Source: Schizochytrium sp. TIO01 | Lineage: Eukaryota; Protista; Bigyra: Labyrinthulomycetes | Assembly (NCBI GenBank): GCA_004764695.1 | Contig: SMSO01000006.1 | Span: 945,859 to 1,009,858, forward strand | Length of the DNA: 64,000 nt | Direction: 5' to 3' | Shown here: positions 48,428 through 60,597 of the stretch, piece by piece | Layout: each line of letters opens with the position of its first letter | Numbering within the stretch: the first letter of the stretch is position 1 | Position numbers and translations under genes: made by a program | The notes under the pieces: generated by a model | Told to the model about the DNA's origin: nothing | Database searches by the model: none | The model's input: the letters and a program-made list of their open reading frames with translations, nothing else

Positions 48428-51142
48428 TCAAGAGCGGGGTTGTCTGTGAAAGTTATGATGGTTGCAGTGGTTCGCCGTATCAACTAGAATCCAGTTATCG
48501 CTCAGGTCTACAGGGAGCGGTGGATCCGTGGACAATAGAGACGAGGGCGGTTTAGAGCCCAGGCCGAGATGGGCGTCCTCGTTGTCTGAATCAGCATCAT
48601 GAATAGGAAGGTCTGTGAACGCCGAATCAAAATTAGAGGTATCAGGGTGCCCCACCTCATTAATATCTTTGATTTGTGGACGGAAAGCAGAAGGTACCTG
48701 GCGACGAGATACTAGCTCCCAATCCAGTCCTGAGAAGAAGGGGTGCGTAAATATCTCAATATAACCCGTTGCACGATTGCCTAGGCGGCGATGTGGATCA
48801 CGCACTAAAAATCCTGCAATGAGATCCTGAGCCCTAGGCGAGACAGCGTTCGTAAAAACAAGAGGAGCACTACGAATGCGTTCGAAGAGACGGCGTTTGT
48901 TACGAGAGTACCAAGGGGGAAGGCCAGTGAGCATCTCATGCAAAACCATACCCAGACTCCAAAAGTCTACAGCCTTCCCATGGCCAAGACGATCGAGAAT
49001 CTCTGGGGCAAGGTATTCGGGAGTACCGCAAAATGAGGTTGCACCAGTAGCGCCATCGGTGATACCCTCCTTGCAGAGCCCAAAGTCGATGAGTTTAATA
49101 TGTCCCTCGTGGTCAAACAAAACATTTTCCGGTTTGAGGTCTCTAAACATGATATTCCGCTCGTGCAAATATTGCAAAGCGAGAACGATTTCTGCTGTCC
49201 AAAGGCGGGCCCAGCTTTCCGGGAAACTTTTTTGCTTGCCTAGGTGGTAGAAAAGCTCGCCACCTTGGACGAATTCTAAGACAAGGTAAAGGCGCTTGCG
49301 GGTCTGAAAGGCGTAATGAAGTTCAACAATATAAGGATGGCGCAGCTGGGCCATGACTCTACGTTCTGTCTTGGTATGTTCAATTTGCTTGCGCTTTTTG
49401 ATGTTTGACTTGTTCAGAATCTTAATTGCAAAAATTTGGTTTGTCTGCTTGCCACGTGCGACAACTACCTTGCCAAAGGACCCCCGGCCAATGACTCGGA
49501 GAACCTCAAAATCCCGTGCCGAGACGCGCCTTGGGGAGTCTTGTTGCGTCATAAACGAGATTGTTGACGGCGTAGATTGCAAAGTGCTGCGTCTAGATCC
49601 ATACTTGCCCTCTTCGTATTCATCACCGTCGTCATCGAAGTCATCATCGCTTGAACTCGAGGTTTCGTCCATGTCCTGCGCAGGGCTTGGAAACCTGGTA
49701 TTAGCATGACGTCTGGAAGAGCGTTTCTTTTTGCACTCGAGCCCACCGGGGCCATCCATAGCCTTTACAACTCCGTTGCTACGACTAAGCTCGTGGAAGG
49801 CATCACCAGTGGGCAACAAGAAACGATGTACAAGACGAAGGCCATTGAGTGCCTCTCCGCGTGCAAGCACTCCGCTAAGCCAAGCCGAAAGTTCAGCTTG
49901 GCGCGAGTCCAGAAATGAAGGCTCAAGAGAGCTTCCCCAGAATCGTCGTGCAGGAAATGACGGCAAGGGCTCACTCTGGTGTAGCGCGCTGAGGGCCAAG
50001 TGCAATGTACGAAATTCACTAAAGCGACGATATACTCGCCATGACAGTGCGTGAGGCATGCGAGTAGTTTTGCTTGGGTGGTTGGCCGAAGTTGCACTGC
50101 TACAACAGTCGCTTTCACATCTGAGAATCATTTTGCGAGGTTTGCTGTTTGCAGAGGAGGGAGACGGAGAAGTTGGGGAAAGAGATGATGACAACATTGA
50201 TGACAAGTGAGGCACGTAGAGTGGGGGGGGAGGTGTCGCTGTCTCGCGCATGGAGACATCTTGCATACGCATTTGGAGCTCTCCATACTGTACTTCATGC
50301 GCCTGAGTCTCGCGTTTGAGCATTTCGGGTTTGCTAAAGCTGGGCATATCCGCTGATTCCCTCGCAGTTACCAGCCTGCTACTCCCCGCTCGGTGTTGCA
50401 TCCGGTGTTTTTCATATTGTTGTTGTTGAGCCTGTTTAATTTGCAGCTGCCGCTGATTCTTATCAAAGTCGCCTCCCATATTAGCTTCTTCGTCAAGCTT
50501 GCACTCAGCCAGCATCACCGAAGATCCTGACGATGAGTTTGATGAAGCAGTTTTGCAACTCTCATTGTCGCCGAATTCCGGGCCAGGGTCTACTACCTCG
50601 TGTTTCACAAGCATCTCATACACTGTGTAGGTTGAAGTCTGAGTCGCTGTACCCCCTGCAGCGTGTCTGCGAATAATTTTGGCCTCAAATGGTCTCCGGT
50701 CGGGCTGCCTCTTGGCCTCGCATTTATCCAAGAATGATGCAGATGACCCCTCCGCTGCCGCCTCCATCAGAGCACTTTGACTTTGAAGCTCCATCTTGTC
50801 CTCGATGATGTCTTCCTCGGGACTTCGCACACTTTTATTAGTGCGGTCGGGTCCCTCTAGTGCGTGCGACGAAGGCAAAGACGACGGCAATAACAATGAC
50901 AGTGACGAAGATGACGTAACACTGCTTGATGCACAGGTAGAGTTACAAGTTGAGGTACTTTCTGCCGAAGAGTATGAAAAAGACAGCGACGAAGAAGCAG
51001 TATCAGTTGCACGGGCGGAAGAGGAGTATGCTGAGTCTGTAGGATATGACACCAACGAGGACGTCTTGGTCTTGGACGCCGTTCTCGTCCTCGTTCCCGA
51101 CCTCTGCCTCGCGCTCCTCCTCGCGGGCAGCTTCCTCCGCAT
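48428..51142 (-). CDS. PX-domain AGC Ser/Thr kinase (SGK3/CISK/Akt-like)
   Basis: First ATG at 51142. PX motifs YTVYEM..., WRVYRRFSEFRTLH, LPSFP.R, R..EL..WL. Kinase motifs IGRGSFGKV, FAIK, FRDLKPEN, DFG, SFCGTPEYLAPE. AGC tail DTSNFD. Confidence 0.95.
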   Translation of the reverse strand: MRRKLPARRSARQRSGTRTRTASKTKTSSLVSYPTDSAYSSSARATDTASSSLSFSYSSAESTSTCNSTCASSSVTSSSSLSLLLPSSLPSSHALEGPDRTNKSVRSPEEDIIEDKMELQSQSALMEAAAEGSSASFLDKCEAKRQPDRRPFEAKIIRRHAAGGTATQTSTYTVYEMLVKHEVVDPGPEFGDNESCKTASSNSSSGSSVMLAECKLDEEANMGGDFDKNQRQLQIKQAQQQQYEKHRMQHRAGSSRLVTARESADMPSFSKPEMLKRETQAHEVQYGELQMRMQDVSMRETATPPPPLYVPHLSSMLSSSLSPTSPSPSSANSKPRKMILRCESDCCSSATSANHPSKTTRMPHALSWRVYRRFSEFRTLHLALSALHQSEPLPSFPARRFWGSSLEPSFLDSRQAELSAWLSGVLARGEALNGLRLVHRFLLPTGDAFHELSRSNGVVKAMDGPGGLECKKKRSSRRHANTRFPSPAQDMDETSSSSDDDFDDDGDEYEEGKYGSRRSTLQSTPSTISFMTQQDSPRRVSARDFEVLRVIGRGSFGKVVVARGKQTNQIFAIKILNKSNIKKRKQIEHTKTERRVMAQLRHPYIVELHYAFQTRKRLYLVLEFVQGGELFYHLGKQKSFPESWARLWTAEIVLALQYLHERNIMFRDLKPENVLFDHEGHIKLIDFGLCKEGITDGATGATSFCGTPEYLAPEILDRLGHGKAVDFWSLGMVLHEMLTGLPPWYSRNKRRLFERIRSAPLVFTNAVSPRAQDLIAGFLVRDPHRRLGNRATGYIEIFTHPFFSGLDWELVSRRQVPSAFRPQIKDINEVGHPDTSNFDSAFTDLPIHDADSDNEDAHLGLGSKPPSSLLSTDPPLPVDLSDNWILVDTANHCNHHNFHRQPRS

Positions 51143-51662
51143 ATCCCAGCAGCCTAAAGCCACAGACCGACGTTCTGCCGGTGCGAGGGCTCTTCGCCCC
51201 TGGCAGAAAGCGCGCGGCCTTCGCTTGCGCCGGAGCTAGCTAGCTGGCCAGCTGCAGTTGCTCGGACTGCGTTTCGTGAATGAATCAATCAATCAATGAC
51301 TTCGTGAATTAGTAAATTAGTGAATTAGTGACTGAGGGTGATGAACATTTCTTTTTAATATTTATTTATTTATTTATTTATTTATTTGTTTTCATTCTTT
51401 TTATTTTTACGTCACATTAACTTTATGCTAAATCCAAAGCAACCAAAACAAACGTCTCTTCTTCTCAAAGCCTCTTAATACGCTGGCCTTGAAGAAACCA
51501 GCTTAAACCAGTGTGCGTGTCCCGTTCTCCATCGTCTACCTGCCTAATCGCATGTCCTCTCGCTTCGTAAGCTGCTCCCAAAGCGGTGCCCAGCCACATT
51601 CTGCGTGAGCCTCCCCTTTTCCTCCCGTATTCCTTCCGCATTATTATTAGCAGCCAAAAGGC

Positions 51663-51670
51663 TCTTTCTC

Positions 51671-51717
<47 letters not shown>

Positions 51718-51730
51718 CTCTTTCTTTCTC

Positions 51731-51797
<67 letters not shown>

Positions 51798-51862
51798 CTC
51801 TTTCTTTCTCTCTTTCTTTCTCTCTTTCTTTCTCTCTTTCTTTCTTTCTTTCTTTCTTTCTT
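51663..51862. repeat. (TTTC)n homopyrimidine microsatellite, ~200 bp
   Basis: Uninterrupted pyrimidine run with TCTC variant units. Confidence 0.97.
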
Positions 51863-52311
51863 TTTCCGTGAGTCCAAGAACAACGATGACGACGCCCTCA
51901 GACCTGTTCTGTTCCCCCTCCGTTCCGTTCTTTGCGCGTTCTTCCACCCACCTCCTCCTCCTACTAGGCAGGTAGATATGCGCCTCCCTAGCAGAGGCGG
52001 GGCCGTTCTTCCCGTGTTCTCGTTCCTTTTCGCCACGGTCCTAGCTGTAGCGGTAGGTGCGTTGCTAGGAGGCTGTGGGTATGGCGGGGTCGCGGCACGC
52101 AGTCTGGTATTGGTCGCACGCGGCAGTTTGGAGAATGAAAGAGAAAGAATTTCTGAAAACCTAAGCGAAAGAAAGAAAGAAAGAAAGAAAGGAAGAGACC
52201 TGAAAACGACAGCTTTGTTTACACGTGGTACCAATGAATGTTGAACGATAGATTGTGAACTTTACAACCAAAACAACGGTGCCTCTGCATCAGATGAACG
52301 AAAACGATCGA

Positions 52312-52418
52312 CCAAACAAACAAACAAATGAATGAATGAATGAATGAATGAATGATTCCCGCATGTAATACACCGAAGTTCTTTACCTCTCATCCCCGGA
52401 CCTAACCCAATCAACAAT

Positions 52419-52456
<38 letters not shown>

Positions 52457-52690
52457 ACATACATACATACATACATTCATACATACATAAATCAATCACT
52501 TAATCAGTCGAGTGTTTGCTGCATGCATCCTTCTATCTCCTCAAGTTAGCATTGAATCGTCTCATCCACCAATCCATCAATCCTTCGATCCTTCAATTCT
52601 CCATTCGTTGCATTCTTCAATCCTTCAATCCTTCAATCCTTCAATCCTTCAATCCTTCAATTCTTCAATCGATAGATAGATACATATAGT
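52312..52690. repeat. Compound microsatellite cluster (AAAC)(AATG), (AATC)(ATAC), (CTTCAATC)n, (GATA)
   Basis: Read directly at ~52312-52353, ~52418-52490 and ~52613-52682. Confidence 0.88.
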
Positions 52691-53070
52691 TCACAGAGAC
52701 CACCTACCTACCTACTGTGCTTCTGTTCGTCCTTGCTCTCTCCTCCTCCTCACTGTTCGTGCTACGCCCATCTCTCCCTCTCTCTATCTCTCTCTCTCTC
52801 TCTCTCAGTTCTCTTCTTTCCTTCTCTCAAAGACCTCCAAAACCACCTCAGAGGAGGAGCGAATCTACTCAAGTGCACGCTCCCCTCACTTCCTCTCCTT
52901 CTTTCAAGTTCTTTCTGCCGCCTCTCATCACACAACCATCGTACTATGATGACAGCCAAGCATGATCTATCTATCTATCTATCTATCCATCAACCGCATT
53001 GCTGTTGCCGTATCCCACCTTTCTTGGCAACTACCGGGTCCCTGTACTAGGCAGACCTAAATCTGCGGCG

Positions 53071-53162
<92 letters not shown>

Positions 53163-53181
53163 TTAGTTAGTTAGTTAGTTA

Positions 53182-53222
<41 letters not shown>

Positions 53223-53251
53223 CATTTAGTTAGTTAGTCATTTAGTTAGTT
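53071..53251. repeat. (GTTA)n microsatellite, ~45 units
   Basis: Read directly; a few interruptions near the 3' end. Confidence 0.97.
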
Positions 53252-55188
53252 AATTCTAGCTGGCTAGCTAGGTAGGTAGAGAGATGGTAGTAGCCCGCTA
53301 AGAGGTGCGAGCTAGAGGGTGCGCTAGCGAATCCGCTACGAGGCGCCGGGGCTCATGGGGGTAGGAGTTGGCTACGCGCCGCTTAGGAGGGGGATTTGCG
53401 GAGAAGATTCGATTGATAGAAGAGCAGTAGTAGTAGTAGCAGTAGGAGTAGCAGTAACAGTATGAGGCGCTTTATAGATAGCGGAGATTGGAGCTACGTA
53501 CCAAAGGGTCATTAAGAAGAGGGATTGCAACGAAGAAGGAAGAGCAGAGCAGAGCAGACCTGGTAAAGAAGAAGACTCGCCTCGCTATGGACAGATGACG
53601 CGTGGGTGGAGTAAATATTTGGGTGCAAATGAGCGAAATCGAATGGAATCGAATGGAATGGAGTGCAATGGGCGAATCTCAACAATCAGAGGTTATGGGT
53701 TCCAACTTACTAATTAATTAATTACTGACTTACTGACTGACTGACTTACCACAATCATCTCCAAATCAGAGGACGCCAGTTCGCTCTTAGCGGACCACGT
53801 GTCAGTCTCTAACAGCGCCTCCCTCTATATATGAATATGCTTGTCTGTCGGTGCGGAGTAAGGCACGGCTAGAGTTTCGGGTAGCTGTCCGCAGTAGCGA
53901 AAGAAAGAAGGAGAAAGCACAGTCGTTGATGGCTTTCTTTCATTTATTCATTCCACGCCCTGAAGATGGATACGGCATGCAGAGAAAGCTGCGATTATGC
54001 CTCACCGTAATCACCCCTAAGACAGAACGCGGCCGCTTTGCGGTTTTAGGAGAAGCTTTGGAGTTTGTTTGCTACAGTGTTTGCGCAGATTCCGTTTGTT
54101 TGTTTGTTTGTTTGTTTGTTGTTTATTACTCTGTTCTGTTCTATTGCAATGCGTTCCGTTCCCTTGTTGCGGTCCGACCGTTCTGTTCCTCTGTGCAAGT
54201 TCTTGTAAGTTGTCATAGATACTACTAAGGTACACGGGGTCAGTCTGTTTTATTATATGTAAAGCAGAAAGAATCGATTACGAGCATTACTGTATTCCCC
54301 AAGCGGCCTTAGTACCTAGATGGTTAGTAGTTGGGAGCCAGCAATTAAGGAGAGAGAAAAGCAATCTGGGGTCAGTATGTATTTATTTATTATTGAGTTT
54401 GATGAAAACAACTCTTAGTGGTATGTCTCCTGCGCAGCAGCAAGACACCTCTCGGCGGAGGGTGAGCATCGCAACTTAACGAAATCGTCGAGGTCAAAAG
54501 TATCTTCTTCTTCAAGGAGCTTTCGTCTTGGTTTCCAGTTATTTTGGTGTTCTTCTCTTACCTATTACAGCAGTTTGTGCTCTTTTTACTGATGAAAAGC
54601 CCGATTACTTTATCTCCTCCAACTTGTTAAAACAAAGCATGCACAGGCCTGCTGAGAGAGGGAGCGTGCGAATATAAAACCCACCATCGTTCTCGTCGTT
54701 CTCGTGATGATGCTGTGACCAGCTTAGTATCGCTCGCTTCGTTCGTTTATTCAGGCTACGCATTCAATGATTCACTTTCATACTTTGATAATCACTCGCT
54801 CATTCATCGTTGGAAATGAATTAGATTGAATCATTTTATTTTATTTTAATAAAAAATAAACTAAAAAATAAACTGTCTCCTGGGGCCCTCTTGTTTTTGC
54901 GCAAGCTGCAATAATGCGAAGAACCCCCGCTCGCCCATTTCGGCCGCTGTCTCCGGCTCCAATGCTGAAGCAAACGTGGGAGAGAGGGCATCGACGCCAG
55001 CCCGGCTGCTGCTCTATCAACTTCGAAAACAGCGGCCTCTTCGCCGCTCCTACATTGCTGGTTTTGTCTTGCACGAACTGCATTATTGCAATCTTGAGAC
55101 CCTCTGTTACTTGTAATGAGCAATTCCTTTCGGTGTTCTTCTCGTTCTAAAAACCATGAGAGAACGAAGTTGCAGCTCTTTCTTTCTT

Positions 55189-55227
55189 GAAGAAGAAGAA
55201 GAAGAAGAAGAAGAAGAAGAAGAAGAA
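55189..55227. repeat. (GAA)13 microsatellite
   Basis: Read directly. Confidence 0.92.
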
Positions 55228-55932
55228 AGGAATCGGATGAACCAGCAAAATTTGAGGGGTCTTGACAAAGAAGACGACACCCATCTCTGCTGACGCTCGC
55301 TTCGGAGAGCTCCGAATATGGGTGCTCTGCGCTTACTCTCTGCTACAGCGTACACAAACTCTGAATGAGACCTTTCGCGCTGTCGTTGCCAAATGGGATC
55401 AGAAGAGGGAGTTTCCAGCTTCGGAATCGAGAGAGAGAGAAATTAAAAGAGATAGACACATGCAGAGGTGGGGACAGATACCTTCCTTCCTTCTAGGCCG
55501 CGGGCTAGCGTAGTATCTATCATACACAGCCGTCACGCCTTCTCCTGCGCTCGCCCCGTCCTCCTATTCTAAACCCTAGTCTTGGCGCAAACGGCGCTAG
55601 CCTCGCGCCTCTCAAGGACAGAGTCTTTCTCTTTTTCTTTTCTTTTCTTTTCCCCCTGCAAATCATCGTCGTCGTTCTCTTTTTTTACATTTCTCTTTTC
55701 TTTTCTTTTCTTTTCTGCAGCTTACGTAGCACTTACATACCAAGAAGTAGGACGCTAGGACCTGGTGAAATGTAAAAAAAAGTTACTATAAAAAATAATT
55801 ATTAAAAAATAAGTATAACTTATCTGATTCAATTTTCGGCGAGGTGTGCTACAGCCCCTTATGTGAGTCCTAGTGCCACAGGGATGGATGCTGTTGTTTC
55901 TATAGGGTGGCGTCCACGAAATGTCTCACAAC

Positions 55933-55970
55933 AACTCAATTCAACTCAATTCAACTCAACTCAACTCAAT
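55933..55970. repeat. (AACTC/AATTC)n pentanucleotide repeat
   Basis: Read directly. Confidence 0.85.
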
Positions 55971-58809
55971 TTTTTTTGCTTAACTTATCTCAAACCAATT
56001 CAAATCAACTCAAATCAATTCGCAGAATCACAGCTGGAAACGTTACCCTCGAGGGCGATGGCTCTCCGGAGACGCCTCAGAAGACAGATATGCGACCTGT
56101 ACCATGGACAGGCTCTTCTTCTGACAACTAGATTTCGAGGAATCCTACAAAACAAGATGGAGGCCTGAGAACGTTTGGAACACTTTTTCCCTTCCTTGGT
56201 GGCTTGCTCTCATCTTTTGTGGGGGTTGTAAGTTGCTCAAAGAGGCTGGCTCGAGCCTGCTTCTTTGCAGAATTAATCAAAGACGCGTGAGAGATGAGAT
56301 GGGCTTAGAGTTGCTTGACCAACGTCTCTCGCCCCCGCCTCTGCGGAGGTCTTTGAGCTTGCAGTGGTCGCAGGTGCCATTGTTTCGTACGATTTCAACA
56401 GGCTCGGAAGGGTGTGCGAACGAAGCCACATACGAACCTACCTAGGCACCTGTTAAGTAGAACTATAGTAATAGGGGCCTGGGCAGAGGCTCGCGAGGCT
56501 CTCTCTTCTCGAGACGCGATAACATCCAATTCTGCAGCTGAGTAGAGCTCTACTTTGACAAGACAACGAATCCAAACGCGTCTAGCTACATGCAGAGTCT
56601 AGTAGCACGCGGTTGAAGCAAGGCCCACGAACCAGTGCGAATAAAAGCGAGAGTGTGCTGCGTGACAACCGTTCGGGAAACCTGATTTGGCCCAGCCTGA
56701 CACTGCAAATCGTGATGCCGGTCGACCAGCTGGAGCAGTCTGCACCGCGGATATTTCTCTGGCACTTGAAGTCAGCACGAAGGGTTGAAGAAAGCCCAAG
56801 GCGCACTTGATCACTTCGCAGCCAAGGTAGTTGCTTAGACCTCTCTCTGCACATGTTGCAGGTAGGTGGCTAGCTAGCAGATCAGTGAGAGTCAGCTTTG
56901 TAAGTTGAGTTGAGAATCTAAAACTTTGAACTTTGACTAGGACAAGGCATGCTTGTTACCTTGATCTTTATTCTTCGCCAAGCTTTATTTTACAGCTCAC
57001 CGGAAAGCAAATAGCTGGCGTGGAACAATAGCCCGTTAGGGGGCACCGGTCAGTGCTGTCGGGACCATCGAGCCAGGCTAAGAAGATTATCAGTCCATGT
57101 TTATAAATTAGAGAATTCCATAACCCATGAAACAAACAAACCATCCTCTTGATTAGCGTAAGCGCAGGCAGCATTTTAGAGCGAGCTAGTATTAAAACAT
57201 CCGAAAACCTGAAGGCGCTATGGGCGAGTGTGCAGAAGTTCAGATTTCGGGTAAGAAGGAGGCACTCTTGGACTAAAACAGGGCTCTGATATTTGATAAT
57301 TTTTTTACCCAAGTCAAAAGGATCCACAAGTGAGAATGAACATGGAGACTAGGTAAACGCCTACCTACCTAGCATCACAGAAAGAGGTAGATCAGCGTGA
57401 AACATGTGGCCGTAGTTTATTGATTTACCGGAATACAAAGCTCAGCATTTGATATAAGTGCATAGATAGTAATAACTCTTCTTCTCAAATGCAATATTCT
57501 AAGATCTTATTTAATTCAACGAATCGCGATTCTCGAGGGACCAACACATGTAAGAAAAGTCTTTGATTTACAGTTAAACGTAGTAGCTATTTTCCGGAGG
57601 TTGCAAGGACATCTTGTACTATTCTCAAACATTTATTTGCCTCGTAGTGTTAGAAACAAATATTTTGCCAAATGGTGGACATTCCTGCTGGTTCTCAACC
57701 GCTTAACCCGAGCGAAATTTCCATATTTTCAGTTTGAGGCGCAGGGTTCCTAGGGTAAAAGGCTCCTTTATAAGCTTCTTTTTAAAGTGCAAATGGAATC
57801 AACTGATGAGGAACCAAATCACATCAGTATAAACTTCAACATTAACACAGAAGTAAAACGGTTCTTTGCCTATATGCTTTGGGACTGGCGAATCATAAAA
57901 TTATGAACCGCTTTTGTCGTGATATGCTTGCATGAAAAGTGTTCACTACACGATGGCTGAAGCTTAACTTCATCTGACACTGACGCAACTAAGGATTCTG
58001 AAACTCGGGAGCAAGGGCTTGTCCGCATTTCAGGAATACAGCAGTGCCGTACGTAAGTTGAATTGCAAGGATTTGGGCCACTCCCAAGGACCTTCGATAT
58101 ATCGCGGAAAGCGCAATAAATTAATCGACACAGTCGCACCGAACATACCCTCATGTGGACTCCCCTAAACCTAAGGCTGAGGGGCAGTGTGTGAGTTAGT
58201 GTGCAACGGATAGTTCAGGGTGAAAACGAGGGTGGTCCTGAAGCGAGCGTAGGGAATGCGAGGAGAATCAAGAGCTAATGGAGAAAAGAAGAGTACGGCG
58301 AAGAAGCAAACACTGAGCAATACTGCATGAGGAGAGGACGACAAAAACTGCTGCTGAGCTTGCGGTTTTAACAGCGTACAAGAGGCGCATAACATCGTAT
58401 TTTTTTTTTTTTTTTTTACTTTCTTTAGAAAAAAGGAAGGTATTTAGACGCTACAACACAACGGTGGCAAATCTCATATTGTCTGTAAGGAAGTAAACAG
58501 TAGGTATTTCTTGTAACAATACTGTTGGGCATCCATCGTTCTGCAGCATCGATTCGTCACTCGCACATTACTCGTTGGCACACCAACATACTTGCATTGC
58601 AAGCAGTTGGAGTCTGGTCATTGAGAGTATTTGCCTTCAGCCCTCCTTGTAGCACGCAGCTTGTGCGCTAGCGTGGAGCTGGACGCTCTAGGCCGCTGCC
58701 CAGGCTACTTAATTGGGTGCAAGAATTGAGGAACGCCAGCCAAGTTTTCCAAAGTTGCCTCACGTAACTCGGTGTGGCAAAACAGAATTGGCATTCATTA
58801 AAAACAACA

Positions 58810-59478
58810 ATGGAATCTAAAGGCATTGATCGCGGTTTTGAGGAGTCCAAGGGCTCTGGACCCGATGACTTGAGAAAAGACGTTGGTGGCGGGCCTGATG
58901 AAAGTGGTGCCACTAGCTTGAAAATTATTCTCCTCGGAGATTCGGCGACAGGAAAGAGCAAACTCATCGAGCGCTATTTGATGGACGAATATTGCCCACA
59001 CCAGGACTCTACCTATGCCCTCACGCTTTTCAAACATCAAGGGGTTGCTCAAGATCCACGCACTGGCGCATCAAAAAAGGTAAATATTGACTTTTGGGAT
59101 ACGGCTGGCCAGGAGCGTTTCCAGAAAATTCACAGCTCTTTTTACTACCGCGCGCACGGTTGCATTTTAGTCTTTGATATCACACGCAAAGCAACGTATC
59201 AGCACCTTCCTCAATGGCTCGCAGAGCTCCGCCAATATGCAGAAAATGTACCTTGTCTTGTAGTTGCAAACAAAATTGACGTAGACATGAAGGTGACCAA
59301 GAAGTCTTTTTCCTTCCCTAAGAAGAATGGTCTGGACTTTATGTTCGTTTCAGCTGCCGATGGCACGAATGTTGTTTCTGCATTCGAAAGAATCACGCAG
59401 ATGGCATACGAGCACAAATCTAGCGGCTCTCAGAGCTTCCTGACTGAAGTGATGGACCTCTTAGATGACAATGCCTGA
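58810..59478 (+). CDS. RABL2: Rab-like protein 2, ciliary/IFT-associated small GTPase
   Basis: ATG at 58810. Motifs KIILLGDSATGKSKLIERYL, STYALTLF, DFWDTAGQERF, VANKID, VT.KSF.F, FVSAADGTNVV. No prenylation cysteines, as expected for RABL2. Confidence 0.95.
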   Translation: MESKGIDRGFEESKGSGPDDLRKDVGGGPDESGATSLKIILLGDSATGKSKLIERYLMDEYCPHQDSTYALTLFKHQGVAQDPRTGASKKVNIDFWDTAGQERFQKIHSSFYYRAHGCILVFDITRKATYQHLPQWLAELRQYAENVPCLVVANKIDVDMKVTKKSFSFPKKNGLDFMFVSAADGTNVVSAFERITQMAYEHKSSGSQSFLTEVMDLLDDNA

Positions 59479-59692
59479 CAAGACCTCGCTTGATATCGCT
59501 GATCTTCCTGTGCTACTGCTACTGCTGTTGCTCGTTACCACTGCATGCGTGTTGCGGTTCTTTGGTCGGCTAATTTGAGAGGCCATCAAACAGATTATAG
59601 AATTTGTGGTGTCCTGTACGATCGTTCCATCTCAAATGCACTAAATACCAAACCGAACATTTCACCTGATCGACCCCCTGCACAGTCTTCGA

Positions 59693-59730
<38 letters not shown>

Positions 59731-60597
59731 ACCGTTTCCAGTTATTTGGTCGAGCATCTTCTTGTTCAAGGGTTATCGAGTAATTTAAAAATTGGCAAAA
59801 CCTATCTTGTATTTTCTGTTTTCTGTTTTCTTTTTCTTTGTTGATGGTTAGTTTGAAATAAGCACGGCCCTAAGGTTCTACCTACCCCAAATTTATTTGT
59901 TTCAGAGATGTATATGTAGCTCTGTGCATTTTACTTCGTTTCTCTTGCCCCATCGAAAAAAATTATTTTTAAAGGACTAAAGTTCAGTTCCTACCATATG
60001 CACGTAGACATCTGGTTCATAACATCTATGTTTTGCTTCTACTCGAAATTTAAGATTTCTTTGACACAGAAGCAATGTATATTTGTTTGTGTGGTAGTTT
60101 AATGGCGGAAAAGCTGCTGATGAGAACATTGGTCAGAAAGGATTTCCCTCAAGCCAAGCTGCTCATTAGGAACTCTATGAACATCTCTATAAAGTCGCAC
60201 GTATCTTTAGGATCTTCATATCAGAAAGAAAATGTTTTTGTGCGATAATTGTGATTATTCTTTAGATTTTTTTTAATGAAGAAGGTTTTGTTTTATGATT
60301 TTCCAGCTCCTCGTTGCCATGCCGAACAGGACACAAGGACCCTTCGCCCTGCCTATTTCGAATAAATGAAGGAACAAAAAATAGACCAAACAGAAAAGTA
60401 GCTTCGTGGTACACAGGAGAAGAGATTTTTTTGAATGATGTTATAAACGTACTTACTTCTCTTCAAACACTCCGTAGCAGTCGTATCAATATAATTTTGG
60501 TTGATGTTGATGCTGATGGTCCTTGATCAGCAACAGACTCAGCAGACGTTATAATCGTATGCAGTAATCCTATTAGTTTCGCAATCTCGTCCTCCGT

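Noticed and set aside
51465-52234. KERK- and FFLS-repeat ORFs (also 19846-20752, 21192-21536, 44956-45403)
   Set aside because: Translations of microsatellites or GC-rich islands that happen to lack stops.
53071-53251. Telomere or interstitial telomeric tract
   Set aside because: The unit is TTAG with a single G and sits among many other tetranucleotide repeats, so it is treated as an ordinary microsatellite.
58160-58260. TPP riboswitch (GCTGAG ... CCTGA ... GCGTAGGGA)
   Set aside because: The P5 hairpin and P2 partner are missing, and no thiamine gene is adjacent.
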